A stretch of 64,000 nt of DNA from Bacteroidales bacterium (GTDB lineage Bacteria > Bacteroidota > Bacteroidia > Bacteroidales > WCHB1-69). Positions 27,905 through 37,070 of the stretch are shown piece after piece; the stretch's first letter is position 1, and each line of letters opens with the position of its first letter. Both the position numbers and the translations under genes were made by a program. A model generated the notes under the pieces. It had not been told where the DNA came from. It ran no database searches and worked only from the letters and a program-made list of their open reading frames with translations. Location of the stretch: NCBI GenBank assembly GCA_017650305.1, contig JAGCFD010000035.1:16683-80682 (forward strand), given 5' to 3'.

Positions 27905-28942
27905 TTAATGTCTTAATAAAATCTGATCGCCAGGATGTATAATCGATTTTTCGTTCAAATTATTGTATTTGAAGATATATTGCAGTTGTACGCCATATCG
28001 TTGAGAGATGTACCTAAGTGTCTCGCCGGCCACAACGATATGGATTTTGGTGGGGTTGTTTTTGCCTTTTGCTTCAATATATACGATTTCGTTCTCCACA
28101 GGTTGGGTGTTCTCGTCCGCGTCGTTGAAGGTTCGGATGTTCGCGGCTGACACCTGCACGTCACCAGCGATGGATTCGTATGTGTCGCCTTTCTTGGCTA
28201 TGACGAAGTATGTTTTGTTGTTCTCGAATACTTTGCGATAGGTGAAGGGGCTGTTTCCGGCAGGATAGTCGTTGCCTAATGCGGTAAAGACCTTTTTCTC
28301 GGCAGGAGCAGGGGGCTGATAGGCCGGGGGCTCGGGTGTGGCTGGGGAAACTGTCTTTACGGGATGATTCTCAGCGATGAACTCAGCTAAAGCGCTATCT
28401 CCTAACATGGCGGCGGTGTCAAGTTTTGCCAGTTGGAAGCGTTCAATCAACCCGATGAGCAAGTCCGGATATTTGGGATTGGTGGCATAGCCATCAGCCT
28501 TCAAGGTCTTGGCCCATGACTCGTAATCCAATACATCCAGCTCAAACAAATTGGCATAGCGTTTCCGGTTTTTCAGGAAGAGGGAGTGGTCGTTATACGA
28601 TTCCTCCGCACTTTCATATTTGCGGAAACACTCCTGCAACTCGTCATCATCCACCAGGATGGTGTCCCCCTCCCAGTTTTCGTGACACTTGATGCCAAAG
28701 TGGTTGTTGCCTTCCGAAGCCAATCGGCTCTTTCCACAGGCACTTTCCAAGATGCCCTGCGCCATGGTGATGCTGGCCGGAATATGATGCTGCTGCATCT
28801 TGTTTACCGCAACAGACTTGTATTGGTCAATGTAGGCATAGATGTCCTGTTCTGTGTATAGCCCTTGGGCATGACTGTCATATCCGGTCAGGCAGAATAA
28901 AAAGATGCTTATCTGTAAGAAATGAACGATGTTCTTTTTCAT
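27905..28942 (-). CDS. GH73 N-acetylglucosaminidase/muramidase with LysM domains
   Basis: PASITMAQGILES, NNHFGIKCH, GYATNPKY; LysM HIVVAGETLRYISQRYGV. Confidence 0.9.
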   Translation of the reverse strand: MKKNIVHFLQISIFLFCLTGYDSHAQGLYTEQDIYAYIDQYKSVAVNKMQQHHIPASITMAQGILESACGKSRLASEGNNHFGIKCHENWEGDTILVDDDELQECFRKYESAEESYNDHSLFLKNRKRYANLFELDVLDYESWAKTLKADGYATNPKYPDLLIGLIERFQLAKLDTAAMLGDSALAEFIAENHPVKTVSPATPEPPAYQPPAPAEKKVFTALGNDYPAGNSPFTYRKVFENNKTYFVIAKKGDTYESIAGDVQVSAANIRTFNDADENTQPVENEIVYIEAKGKNNPTKIHIVVAGETLRYISQRYGVQLQYIFKYNNLNEKSIIHPGDQILLRH

Positions 28943-28969
28943 GAAAACTATAAAGGTGTTAGGTTATGA

Positions 28970-29950
28970 TTATTTGAAAGCCTCCATGATGAGACGAGTA
29001 TAGAAGTCAACCAGGTCAAGACCATTGTGGCGCACCTGCTCCGGGATGATGCTCAATGCGGTTTGTCCTGGGATGGTGTTGATTTCCAAAAAGTAGGGGA
29101 TGCCATCTTCTTGAGAGTGGATAAAGTCGATGCGCACCACGCCTTTGCAGTCGAGATTGTGGAAGATGCGTTCGCAATAGTCTTTCAGCACCGTTTCCAA
29201 CTCGGGCGTTATGACGGCAGGAGTCAGCAGCTTGTGGCCCACAGCCGTATATTTGGCATCGTAGTCGTAGAATTCGTTGGAGGCCACCACCTCGGTGATC
29301 GCGAGTGTTTGCACCTTGCCATATACAGCGGTGACACCGCAGGTGAGCTCGCGTCCGCGCACGAACTTCTCCACCATCAACTGGTTGTCGTATTTGAAAG
29401 CCTCCACGAAGGCCTTCTCTAACTCCTCGGCACTGTGCACCTTGGTGACACCCACGCTGGATCCGGAATTACAAGACTTGACAAAGCAGGGATAGCCGCA
29501 CACTTTCTCAATCATCGGATAGTCGATGACATCACTCTTGTAGAAGTGCAGAGACGGAGAGATGGGTACACCCAATGCCGACACTGCCAGATTGCAGTAG
29601 TATTTGTTGAAGGTGAGCGCGGAGCTGAAACTGCCGCAGCCGGTATAAGGGATGCCCAGCATCTCGAAGTAACTCTGCAGTTTGCCATTCTCACCCGGCG
29701 TGCCGTGAATGGCAATGAAGGCCGCGTCAAAGGTGATCTTCTCTCCATCCACCATCAGGGAGAAATCGTTTTTGTCGATAGGATGAATTGCCCCGACAGA
29801 GTCTTTCCAAGTCCACTCAGATCCTTTGAAATGAATAAGATAGGGGTTGAATAAACTCTTGTCCATCATCTGGAAGATGTTGTCCCCAGTCCGCAAGGAA
29901 ACTTCATATTCGCCTGAATCCCCGCCTGCAATAAGTGCTATATTATACAT
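28970..29950 (-). CDS. ddl: D-alanine--D-alanine ligase
   Basis: GGDSGEYEVSL, IHGTPGENG, GSSVGV, YDYDAKY, LEINTIPG. Confidence 0.95.
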   Translation of the reverse strand: MYNIALIAGGDSGEYEVSLRTGDNIFQMMDKSLFNPYLIHFKGSEWTWKDSVGAIHPIDKNDFSLMVDGEKITFDAAFIAIHGTPGENGKLQSYFEMLGIPYTGCGSFSSALTFNKYYCNLAVSALGVPISPSLHFYKSDVIDYPMIEKVCGYPCFVKSCNSGSSVGVTKVHSAEELEKAFVEAFKYDNQLMVEKFVRGRELTCGVTAVYGKVQTLAITEVVASNEFYDYDAKYTAVGHKLLTPAVITPELETVLKDYCERIFHNLDCKGVVRIDFIHSQEDGIPYFLEINTIPGQTALSIIPEQVRHNGLDLVDFYTRLIMEAFK

Positions 29951-29975
29951 GTTTGAATATTTTTATAGTAATCCG

Positions 29976-29983
29976 CAAAGATA
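29976..29983 (-). promoter_or_regulatory. Bacteroidota -7 promoter element (TATCTTTG) for ddl-GH73-M23-SBP operon
   Basis: TAnnTTTG on minus strand just upstream of ddl. Confidence 0.6.
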
Positions 29984-30059
29984 ACCATTATCTCCCAATA
30001 AAACAGGATTCGGCAACTGTTTTGTAAACACCAATTTGTGTAAAAAAAAAGAGGAATAT

Positions 30060-30076
30060 GATTCCCAATGGGAATC
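30060..30076. other. Perfect palindrome GATTCCCA-A-TGGGAATC (terminator-like hairpin or operator)
   Basis: 8-bp inverted repeat between USP gene end and ddl promoter, near an A-run. Confidence 0.4.
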
Positions 30077-30102
30077 TTGATTTTAGACAGAGGCTTGGTC
30101 GC

Positions 30103-30963
30103 TTAGGTGCACAGCACATACAGATCATCCCGCTGGTTGATGCACAATACCGGTAGCGATTGTGCATTGCCGATGATCTTCTTCTCCCGTTTCCCGGTCA
30201 GCAGGTCGCCCAAGGTGACGTATCGCGTCATCATGATAACTGTCAGCGATGCTCCCACTGTGGGCGCATACTCGATGGAGTAACGGTCTATGTCTTGGTT
30301 CACGGACACAGCGTCCAGCTTGTACTCTACTTCCAAATTTTGATAGAGCTTTTCCACAAACGCGATGTTGTCGTTGACTTGCCGCTTGAGCCCCGCATCC
30401 TTGTAATCGTTATGCAGGATATGGATGGTGGATTGGTAAAAGCGGCTGAAGTAGCCCGCCCACAAGGCCTTCTCCTTGGCCTGCCGCTCAATGTCCAAAG
30501 GAAGCACCACATGCTGGTAGATATCTTTGTCGGGCAGTGCAGTGCCGACGGTCATGACGGGCAGTCGGGAGCCCTTGATGAAGCGGAGGGCTTTGCGAAT
30601 GCTGAAGAATCCCTCCTTTCCGCTTCTGTCAACCCCGATGACGTACATGATGGTGTTGGTCTCCTCTGCATACTGGTAGAGGGTCTCAGGGAAGAAGTAG
30701 TGCTCCAGCATGATTGTCTCGATGTTGTGGTCCACGACATTCTGGGCGTATAAGAGCCAAGAGTCCGTGTCAATGCCGGGAGAGTGGTCTTCATAGCTGA
30801 AGCCGAATCTGGAGACAATCGTGAGGGAGCCGGAGAAGACGGCGGCGAGCATGGCGCCATGACACACGGCGGCTCTGCCGTATTCGGAGTCGTCGGCAAT
30901 GGCGAGGATGTTCAGCTTTTTCTTCTGATCAACCGGTTCCTGTATGGTGATGTTCTCCTCCAT
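30103..30963 (-). CDS. Universal stress protein-like (tandem USP domains)
   Basis: ILAIADDSEYGRAAV, SRLPVMTV, VVLPLD, KIIGNAQSLPVLCIN. Confidence 0.75.
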   Translation of the reverse strand: MEENITIQEPVDQKKKLNILAIADDSEYGRAAVCHGAMLAAVFSGSLTIVSRFGFSYEDHSPGIDTDSWLLYAQNVVDHNIETIMLEHYFFPETLYQYAEETNTIMYVIGVDRSGKEGFFSIRKALRFIKGSRLPVMTVGTALPDKDIYQHVVLPLDIERQAKEKALWAGYFSRFYQSTIHILHNDYKDAGLKRQVNDNIAFVEKLYQNLEVEYKLDAVSVNQDIDRYSIEYAPTVGASLTVIMMTRYVTLGDLLTGKREKKIIGNAQSLPVLCINQRDDLYVLCT

Positions 30964-30975
30964 GTCGTTTGTGCT

Positions 30976-31686
30976 TTAGCGCAGTCCCTTGACTACCGGC
31001 TTGGCGGCTACATATTCTTTGAGATAGAATGGCTCAAAATAGGCGGTGTCGGCAAAGTCCTCAGCCTCCCATTTCCGAAGGGCGGGCAAAAGCAGGGACT
31101 GTGCAGACAGCGTGTTGTCGATGAAGAGGGCGTTGGGGTGCTGTGACAACAGCTCCTTGCACTTGGGCATCCCATTGCCGCAGAAGATGACCCGATGCTC
31201 GTCCAATATTGTCCTGAAGGCATTTTCATCCACGATGACCGCAGCGGGCACTTCCGCTTCGCGAAGCTGTTCGTCGTAGTGAGCAGCGAAGACCTCCATG
31301 CGACGGGCGTCAATCATGGAGATATACTGCGGCGCGGGCAGCCCGTCCGACACCCATTGTGCCGCGGCCCCGTATGCGATACTCTCCAGGGTACCCACCG
31401 TGATGACAGGCTTGCCTAAAGAGTAAGCGATGCCCTTGGCGGTGGAAGTCCCGATGCGCAAGCCCGTATAGGACCCAGGACCAATGCTGACGACAATACC
31501 GTCCAATTCCTCCAAACATTTGCCCGTTTCTTTCATCAGACGCTCAATAAAAGGTAATAGATGCTTGGAGTGTGAGTTGCCGTCGGCACTCTCCTCCACA
31601 CCTAAGATGTTCATGCCGAGAGACAACGCTACCGAACATACTTCCGTGGCGGTTTCTATATGCAGTAAAAGAGGTTCTTTAGTCAT
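30976..31686 (-). CDS. tsaB: tRNA threonylcarbamoyladenosine biosynthesis protein TsaB
   Basis: IETATEVCSVAL, GPGSYTGLRIG, IDARRMEV. Confidence 0.95.
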   Translation of the reverse strand: MTKEPLLLHIETATEVCSVALSLGMNILGVEESADGNSHSKHLLPFIERLMKETGKCLEELDGIVVSIGPGSYTGLRIGTSTAKGIAYSLGKPVITVGTLESIAYGAAAQWVSDGLPAPQYISMIDARRMEVFAAHYDEQLREAEVPAAVIVDENAFRTILDEHRVIFCGNGMPKCKELLSQHPNALFIDNTLSAQSLLLPALRKWEAEDFADTAYFEPFYLKEYVAAKPVVKGLR

Positions 31687-31696
31687 AATGATGGGA

Positions 31697-34585
31697 TTAA
31701 TGGGAAAGGCCTTCGTAAATTAATTCGTGAGCCTTAAGGCGTATTCTGCTTTGTGATAATTTGTTGGGGTAGCAATCTGGATATACGCGGTTGGAGAGGA
31801 AGATATATAACAGGCCATTGGCGGGGTCGCACCATACCACCGTGCCCGTGAAGCCCTGGTGCCCGAAGGTGCCAGTGCTGGCCTTGGCAGGAAGGATGGA
31901 GCTGGTGCCCCCGGCTTTGGGGGTGTGAAATCCCAAGCCGCGTTCCACACAACCATGCATCTTGTACATGGTGGTGAAAAGACGGACGGTCTCTTCCGAC
32001 AAGTAGCGTCGTCCTTGGTAAAGACCACCGTTGTATATCATCTGATAGATGATGCCTAACTCTTCAGCAGTGGTGAAAAGTCCCGCATTGCCCGCATTGC
32101 CCGCGAATAGCGCGGAGGTCTGGTCGTGTACATAGCCTTGTACCACCTGTTTGCGGAAGGTCTTGTCCATCTCCGTGGGCGCAATGTCCTGCTTCTTGAA
32201 ACCGTGGTCCAGCGGGTTGAAACTCGTGCGCTTCAGTCCCATGGGTCCATAGAAGTTCTCCGTCAGGAATAGATCCAAAGCCTGCCCACTGATCTGCTCC
32301 ACCATCTCTTTCAGCAGCAAAAAGTTGAGGTCGCTGTATTCATATTGTTTCGCTTTGAGCTTGCTGTGTGCAATGATATGGCGCATGGTGTCCAGATAGT
32401 CGTTGCGGAGATAGAGGTTGTCAGCCACTTGGATGCTGAAGTTGGGAGATTTGTATTTGCGGAGGTATTGCTCGTTGCCTTGAATCTTGCTGTAGAAGGG
32501 GATGAAGGCCGTCAGCCCGGAGGTGTGCGTCAGCAGCTCCGCAATGGTGATGTTGGCCTTGTCGGTGCCTTTCAGGTAGGGCAGATATTGCCCGATGGGA
32601 TCTGTCAGCGCAAACTGATGGTTGTCGTAAAGCTTCATCACGGCCAAGGTGGTGGCAGCTGTCTTGGTGACGGAGGCGATGTCGTACATGGTCTGGGTGG
32701 TCACTCTGTCCTGAGCATCGTAGGTGAAGTGCCCGAATGCTTTGTGGTAGATGACCTGCCCTTCTTTCATGGCCAGGACCACGCAACCCGGATATATCTT
32801 GTCGGTGATGCCTTTTTGCAACATCTTGTCCAACTGCTTGACGACGGTGTCGGGAAGGAGGGAGGTCTGTCCGTCAAAATATCTGGCAGGAGTGATGCCT
32901 GTGCCTGCGGGAAAGTGGTTGGTGCTGACAGGCAAAAACCCTTCGCAGGCCTGTTTGCCGAAGCAGGCATCCACGGCGCAGTGCAAGGTGTTCGGCGTGA
33001 ATTGATAGGCAATCAGAACCGCCTTGACAGCATCCAAGGATGGAAAGAAGTTGAGAGCGTAGGGATTGCCCAGATGGATGAGGGCAACCTCTTTGCTTTT
33101 GGCTAACTCTTGAATGAAAGCCACCGTCTTGGGGTCCACATCGTAGTTCTTGTTCGCCATCTGGTTCGAGCCGCCATAGGCAATAACGACTTTCTTGTAG
33201 GGCGCCAAGGCTTGACGAATTTCATCTTGCTCCTTGACACTGGGAACCTTGGATTTGTAGAGAGAGAAAAAATGATAGTCTTTCAACTCCTGCTTGTATG
33301 CCGAGTGAAGGTCGTTGCGGCCAAGGCAGAGGAATGCGACGGTGTTGTCGTCTTTCAAAGGCAGCAACTGCTCGTTCTTCACTTCCGTGATGGCATAACG
33401 TTCAATCTCGTCATTGACGCGCTGTGCCTCAGGGGTGTTCATCTGCGCTTTTAAATGTTGTATGTTGATGGGCTTGGGGGTGCGCAACAGGCCTTTGCTA
33501 CCCTTGAACTCCAACACCCGCAGACAACGCTCTTCAATGAGCTCCTCCGGGATGGTGCCATCCTCCACAGCCTTCTTGATGGCTTGGATGACAGTCTCGG
33601 TCTTGTCTCCGGGTAGTAGCAGAATGTCCACACCCGCTAATAATGCCTTGATCTCAATGTCCCCAGCAAATTGTCTCTGCTTTTGCACACCTTGCATCTC
33701 CAAGGCGTCTGTGATGATGAGGCCGGTATAGCCATACTCTTTTTTCAGCAACTCAGAAATGATGGGGTAGGAGAGCGATGATACGGAGTTGGGGGCCGGG
33801 TCCAAGGAGGCAATGTTGAGATGCCCCACCATGATCATGTCCGGATTTAGATTGATGAGATGCCGGTAAGGATAGAGCTCCAGCTCATCCAATTCAATTC
33901 GGCTCTTCTTGATGACGGGCAAGCCTAAGTGTGAATCTGTCTCCGTGTCTCCATGACCGGGAAAGTGCTTCAGAGAACCAATGACGCCACCGTCCTGCAT
34001 GCCCTGCATATACAAAGCCCCTTTGGCCGTGACTTTGTCGCGGTTTTCACCGAAGGAACGGCTGTTGATGACGGGATTCTTGGAGTTGTTGTTGATGTCC
34101 ACCACCGGTGCAAAGTTAACGTTGATGCCAACCGCCTTGCACTGCTTGGCAATCTCCATTCCCATCTGATAAATGAGAGTGTCATGCTTTGCGGAGAGAG
34201 CTCCCAAGGTCATCTGCCGAGGGAATGCGATGCAGCTGTCTAACCGCATGGCAGGCCCCCATTCTCCGTCAATGCAGATGAAAAGTGGCACTTTGCTGAC
34301 CGCCTGGATGCGGTTGGTCAAGACAGCCTCCCGCACGGGCCCGCCCTTGAAGAAACAGACACCGCCAACCTGGTATTTCTCAATTTCCGCAATCTTGTCA
34401 AGATTGTAGGCTTCCGTCTCCGTAGAACTGATGCGGATGATTATCAACTGCGCAATCTTCTCTTCCAAGGTCATCTTCGACATTATCTGCAGCGCCCGGC
34501 TTTTGGGTGTCGGATGAGCTGTGAAGCTTGCAAAGACGCTAAGAAGGATGACAGCACACATTATACTGGTCAAGAATCTTCTCAT
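31697..34585 (-). CDS. GH3 beta-N-acetylglucosaminidase (NagZ-like) fused to beta-lactamase-fold serine hydrolase
   Basis: KHFPGHGDTETDSH, IITDALEM; C-terminal ASVTK (SxxK), LLTHTSG, YSD, GHQGFTG; start at ATG 34585 (MRRFLTS signal peptide). Confidence 0.9.
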   Translation of the reverse strand: MRRFLTSIMCAVILLSVFASFTAHPTPKSRALQIMSKMTLEEKIAQLIIIRISSTETEAYNLDKIAEIEKYQVGGVCFFKGGPVREAVLTNRIQAVSKVPLFICIDGEWGPAMRLDSCIAFPRQMTLGALSAKHDTLIYQMGMEIAKQCKAVGINVNFAPVVDINNNSKNPVINSRSFGENRDKVTAKGALYMQGMQDGGVIGSLKHFPGHGDTETDSHLGLPVIKKSRIELDELELYPYRHLINLNPDMIMVGHLNIASLDPAPNSVSSLSYPIISELLKKEYGYTGLIITDALEMQGVQKQRQFAGDIEIKALLAGVDILLLPGDKTETVIQAIKKAVEDGTIPEELIEERCLRVLEFKGSKGLLRTPKPINIQHLKAQMNTPEAQRVNDEIERYAITEVKNEQLLPLKDDNTVAFLCLGRNDLHSAYKQELKDYHFFSLYKSKVPSVKEQDEIRQALAPYKKVVIAYGGSNQMANKNYDVDPKTVAFIQELAKSKEVALIHLGNPYALNFFPSLDAVKAVLIAYQFTPNTLHCAVDACFGKQACEGFLPVSTNHFPAGTGITPARYFDGQTSLLPDTVVKQLDKMLQKGITDKIYPGCVVLAMKEGQVIYHKAFGHFTYDAQDRVTTQTMYDIASVTKTAATTLAVMKLYDNHQFALTDPIGQYLPYLKGTDKANITIAELLTHTSGLTAFIPFYSKIQGNEQYLRKYKSPNFSIQVADNLYLRNDYLDTMRHIIAHSKLKAKQYEYSDLNFLLLKEMVEQISGQALDLFLTENFYGPMGLKRTSFNPLDHGFKKQDIAPTEMDKTFRKQVVQGYVHDQTSALFAGNAGNAGLFTTAEELGIIYQMIYNGGLYQGRRYLSEETVRLFTTMYKMHGCVERGLGFHTPKAGGTSSILPAKASTGTFGHQGFTGTVVWCDPANGLLYIFLSNRVYPDCYPNKLSQSRIRLKAHELIYEGLSH

Positions 34586-34589
34586 AGCC

Positions 34590-34823
34590 TTAGAAAAGTC
34601 GAGGTTCAAAATATCCTTTTTCGTCAATGGTGATGAATTCGGCAATGCTGAACTGCTCGTATGAGTCATCAATCTTGGCAGGACTGTCAATAACAATATC
34701 CTCTGTAGCCCAGTTTATTCCGACTACAATGTCTGTAGGATAATCAAGATGATGAGCAAGATAGTTTTTTGTGACACCATAAAGCTTTTCGCCTATAGCG
34801 TGAAATCGTTCGTGGTTTTCCAT
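34590..34823 (-). CDS. Small acidic hypothetical protein
   Basis: 77-aa ORF MENHERF...GYFEPRLF preceded by TACTTTTG promoter motif at 34853-34860. Confidence 0.55.
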   Translation of the reverse strand: MENHERFHAIGEKLYGVTKNYLAHHLDYPTDIVVGINWATEDIVIDSPAKIDDSYEQFSIAEFITIDEKGYFEPRLF

Positions 34824-34960
34824 AGGTTTGTATGGTTTTGTTAAATTGGCTGCAAAAGTACACAAAAATACTGAGTACTTGACAAAAAAATCAATCTGGT
34901 TTGAGTATTTGTTTGATTCCTTCTTCTTGGGGATGTTAGGATGGAATGATGAAAATATAC

Positions 34961-34968
34961 TATCTTTG
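34961..34968 (+). promoter_or_regulatory. Bacteroidota -7 promoter element (TATCTTTG)
   Basis: TAnnTTTG upstream of DUF456 gene. Confidence 0.55.
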
Positions 34969-34994
34969 CCGCCGGAATATATTGGATAGCAAGA

Positions 34995-35483
34995 ATGGAT
35001 ATTGTCCTGATTGTTTTGGGTTCACTCTGCTTGCTGGCAGGTCTGGTGGGTTGCATTCTGCCCATCCTGCCCGGCGTGCCACTGTCGTACGTCGGTTTGT
35101 GGCTTCTCCAAGCGACCCATAAGGTCCAGTTCAGCTGGAGGTTTCTGCTGATATGGGGCATTGTGACCGTAGTGGTTCAAGTACTGGACGCGGTGGTGCC
35201 TGTTTGGGGTACCAAGGTGCTGGGTGGCACCAAGTCGGGCGTGTGGGGCAGTACGGTCGGACTGGTTGCCGGACTTTTCTTTGGACCGTGGGGCATCGTG
35301 CTCGGCCCCTTCATCGGGGCGGTCGCCGGCGAGATGCTGGCACATAGCGTCCACGACGGGATGACCCTCCCGCAAGCCCTGAAGGCAGGCGCGGGCTCTT
35401 TCGTCGGCCTGATGACCGGCACCGTCCTCAAGCTTGTCTGTGTGGGCCTTATGATCTACTATTTCGTGGCCGCAATCGTGTGA
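34995..35483 (+). CDS. DUF456 family membrane protein
   Basis: GCILPILPGVPL, GSTVGLVAGLFFGPWGIVLGPFIGA; Gly-rich TMs. Confidence 0.85.
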   Translation: MDIVLIVLGSLCLLAGLVGCILPILPGVPLSYVGLWLLQATHKVQFSWRFLLIWGIVTVVVQVLDAVVPVWGTKVLGGTKSGVWGSTVGLVAGLFFGPWGIVLGPFIGAVAGEMLAHSVHDGMTLPQALKAGAGSFVGLMTGTVLKLVCVGLMIYYFVAAIV

Positions 35484-35608
35484 TGCTATACCAATGCCTG
35501 TCATATCCGAAATTTGTGTACATTTGCCCCCTCTTTTTTTCTGCCAGAATCTCAATGCGAATGCTGCCTTAAATGTCTGTACACTGTTCTCCAGACACCA
35601 ACTCCCGC

Positions 35609-35650
35609 AGTCAAAGTTCAAAGTCATAGTCAAAGTTCAAAGTCATAGTC
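35609..35650. repeat. Tandem repeat (AGTCAAAGTTCAAAGTCAT)x2 + AGTC just upstream of the transporter start
   Basis: Read directly from sequence. Confidence 0.85.
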
Positions 35651-35653
35651 GTC

Positions 35654-37006
35654 ATGTCCACAAATTCTCCCCAAAGAGGTTTTACATCCAATCTTGGAGC
35701 AATTCTTGCGGCTGCCGGTGGCGCAGTCGGATTAGGTAATATCTGGCGCTTTCCCTATATGCTGGGACAGAATGGCGGTGGAGCCTTTTTGCTCATCTAT
35801 ATCATCTTTGTTTTGCTGATCGGCATCCCGCTGATGATGACTGAGTTTATCATTGGCCGTCGCTCGCAACGCAATGTGGTGGGAGCCTATAAGGTGCTCG
35901 CTGGTGATCATAAGGGCTGGGTTGTGCTCGGCGTCTTTGGCATCGTGGCAGCCTTTCTCATCTACGCTTTCTATAGTGTGGTCGCTGGCTGGACCCTTAA
36001 TTATCTCGCTCTTGCAGGTAGCGGCCGGCTCGCAGGCTTGGCGCCGGCAGAAGTGGCAGAAGTCTTCACCAACTTTACCAGCGGCTCTTTCTGGCCCTTG
36101 GTAAGCCAACTTCTGTTCCTGGTTCTTACGGGCCTTGTCATCACGATGGGTGTGCAAAAGGGAATTGAAAAGGTCGGAAAGATATTGATGCCCATACTCT
36201 TCCTCCTGCTTGTCCTGATGTGCGTGCGCTCCCTGACACTCTCCGGCTCCCATCAAGGACTGAGTTTCCTCTTCAAGCCCGATTTCAGCAAGTTGACAGG
36301 CGCAAGCGTGCTGTCTGCCCTCGGTCAGTCTTTCTTCTCCCTTAGTATCGGCATGGGCGCCATGGTGACGTACGGTTCCTATATCCGTAAGGAAGACCGC
36401 CTTTTTAAAACCAGCATCTGGATTGCACTTTGCGACCTGTTGGTGGCAGTATTGGCCGGTGTGGTCATTTTCCCCGCTGTGTTCGCCTTTGGCATGGATC
36501 CCGCCAGCGGTCCGGAACTGGTCTATGTGGTCCTGCCCAATGTCTTCAACAATATGCCGGCCGGGACTCTCTTTGCCGTCATCTTCTTTCTGCTGCTGAC
36601 CATCGCTGCGCTTACCTCTACCATCTCCCTGCTGGAGATTATCGTGGCCTTTGCCGTCGAGGAGCTCAACTGGAAACGTTCCACAGCATCCATCCTTAGC
36701 ACCATTCTGGTCTTTGTGGTGGGCGCCTTCTGCACCCTCTCCTTCGGTCCGCTGCAGAACTTCATACTCTTCGACCGTACGATCTTCGACCTCTTTGACC
36801 TTATCACCGCCTCCTATCTGATGCCGGTCGGCGCTCTCTTGATGACTATCTTCCTCGGATGGTGCTACCCCAAAGCGGAGGTCAAAGACGAACTCTCCAA
36901 TAACGGAACCCTGAAGGCCCAGGCATTTGAACTTTATTACATCATCTTGAGATATGTTGCCCCTCTGGCTCTTGTCATCATCCTCATCTCCGGTATAGTC
37001 GGTTAA
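35654..37006 (+). CDS. Sodium-dependent transporter (neurotransmitter:sodium symporter family)
   Basis: GAVGLGNIWRFPY, GGGAFL, QSFFSLSIGMG.MVTYGSY. Confidence 0.93.
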   Translation: MSTNSPQRGFTSNLGAILAAAGGAVGLGNIWRFPYMLGQNGGGAFLLIYIIFVLLIGIPLMMTEFIIGRRSQRNVVGAYKVLAGDHKGWVVLGVFGIVAAFLIYAFYSVVAGWTLNYLALAGSGRLAGLAPAEVAEVFTNFTSGSFWPLVSQLLFLVLTGLVITMGVQKGIEKVGKILMPILFLLLVLMCVRSLTLSGSHQGLSFLFKPDFSKLTGASVLSALGQSFFSLSIGMGAMVTYGSYIRKEDRLFKTSIWIALCDLLVAVLAGVVIFPAVFAFGMDPASGPELVYVVLPNVFNNMPAGTLFAVIFFLLLTIAALTSTISLLEIIVAFAVEELNWKRSTASILSTILVFVVGAFCTLSFGPLQNFILFDRTIFDLFDLITASYLMPVGALLMTIFLGWCYPKAEVKDELSNNGTLKAQAFELYYIILRYVAPLALVIILISGIVG

Positions 37007-37070
37007 AAACCGATTTAAACTTTCCCGGAAAAACACTATCTTTGCACCTCGTTTTTAAAACCAGACCAAA

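Noticed and set aside
31697-34585. GH3 plus beta-lactamase-fold fusion as a novelty or resistance gene
   Set aside because: Well-known Bacteroidota cell-wall recycling architecture; not evidence of antibiotic resistance
35732-37036. 434-aa antisense ORF over the Na+ symporter
   Set aside because: Mirror of a hydrophobic membrane-protein gene
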